A stretch of DNA of 63,659 nt from Phoronis australis (taxonomy: Eukaryota > Animalia > Phoronida). Each line of letters starts with the position of its first letter. The first letter of the stretch is position 1. The notes under the pieces were generated by a model. The model was not told the origin of the DNA, searched no databases, and worked only from the letters and a program-made list of their open reading frames with translations. The position numbers were made by a program, and so were the translations under genes. The stretch covers positions 396,888 through 460,546 of the forward strand of contig NMRA01000031.1 of NCBI GenBank assembly GCA_002633005.1, in the 5' to 3' direction. Positions 63,466 through 63,659 of this stretch are shown in pieces.

Positions 63466-63659
63466 ATACAGAGGTCAATGTAAAATACTAAAATTGCCAC
63501 TAGAGGCAAATACTAAAATTGCCACTAGAGGAATACCGGTAGTCAGAATCATCCTAAAGTCGTCATCGTCCGTTGTCAACATCACATAAATACACTTGCT
63601 AAATTTAGTAAAGATCCTGCAAACGGTTTGGGAGATACAGCCATGGGCGCAAAAAAAAC
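63466..63659 (+). mobile_element. Helentron/HINE-like element copy 3 (runs off the window)
   Basis: Matches 43310-43480 and 50890-51050 (aaatttagtaaagatcctgcaaacggttt.ggagatacagccatgggcgcaaaaa); local 25-bp duplication of aaatactaaaattgccactagagg. Confidence 0.8.

Overview
This is eukaryotic (animal, probably invertebrate/lophotrochozoan-type) genomic DNA, AT-rich, rich in introns and transposons, with two assembly gaps (46018-46614, 56839-56939). Three protein-coding loci are supported. (1) A + strand spliced gene mostly missed by the ORF track: five phase-compatible exons (1602-8427) encode a Cys-rich N-terminal module plus two thyroglobulin type-1 domains (thyropin-like); its start exon could not be found intact. 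(2) A - strand GT31 beta-1,3-galactosyltransferase with a single coding exon (16745-17890), preceded by a cluster of strong splice donors suggesting several alternative 5' UTR exons. (3) The 3' half of a - strand neurabin/spinophilin (PPP1R9-family) gene (36797-60536, continuing beyond the window): 11 core exons read out by hand, with coiled coil and SAM domain, plus candidate symmetric cassette exons and microexons. The rest is a decayed LINE reverse transcriptase, a decayed THAP fragment, many non-autonomous DNA transposons (MITEs with TA, 3, 5, 6, 8 and ~9 bp target-site duplications) and minisatellites. The most unusual element is a Helentron/HINE-like repeat, present three times in neurabin introns, whose ~145-bp tandem units each carry a same-orientation CTCF-consensus-like motif. 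All family assignments come from motif recognition by eye; no database search was run.
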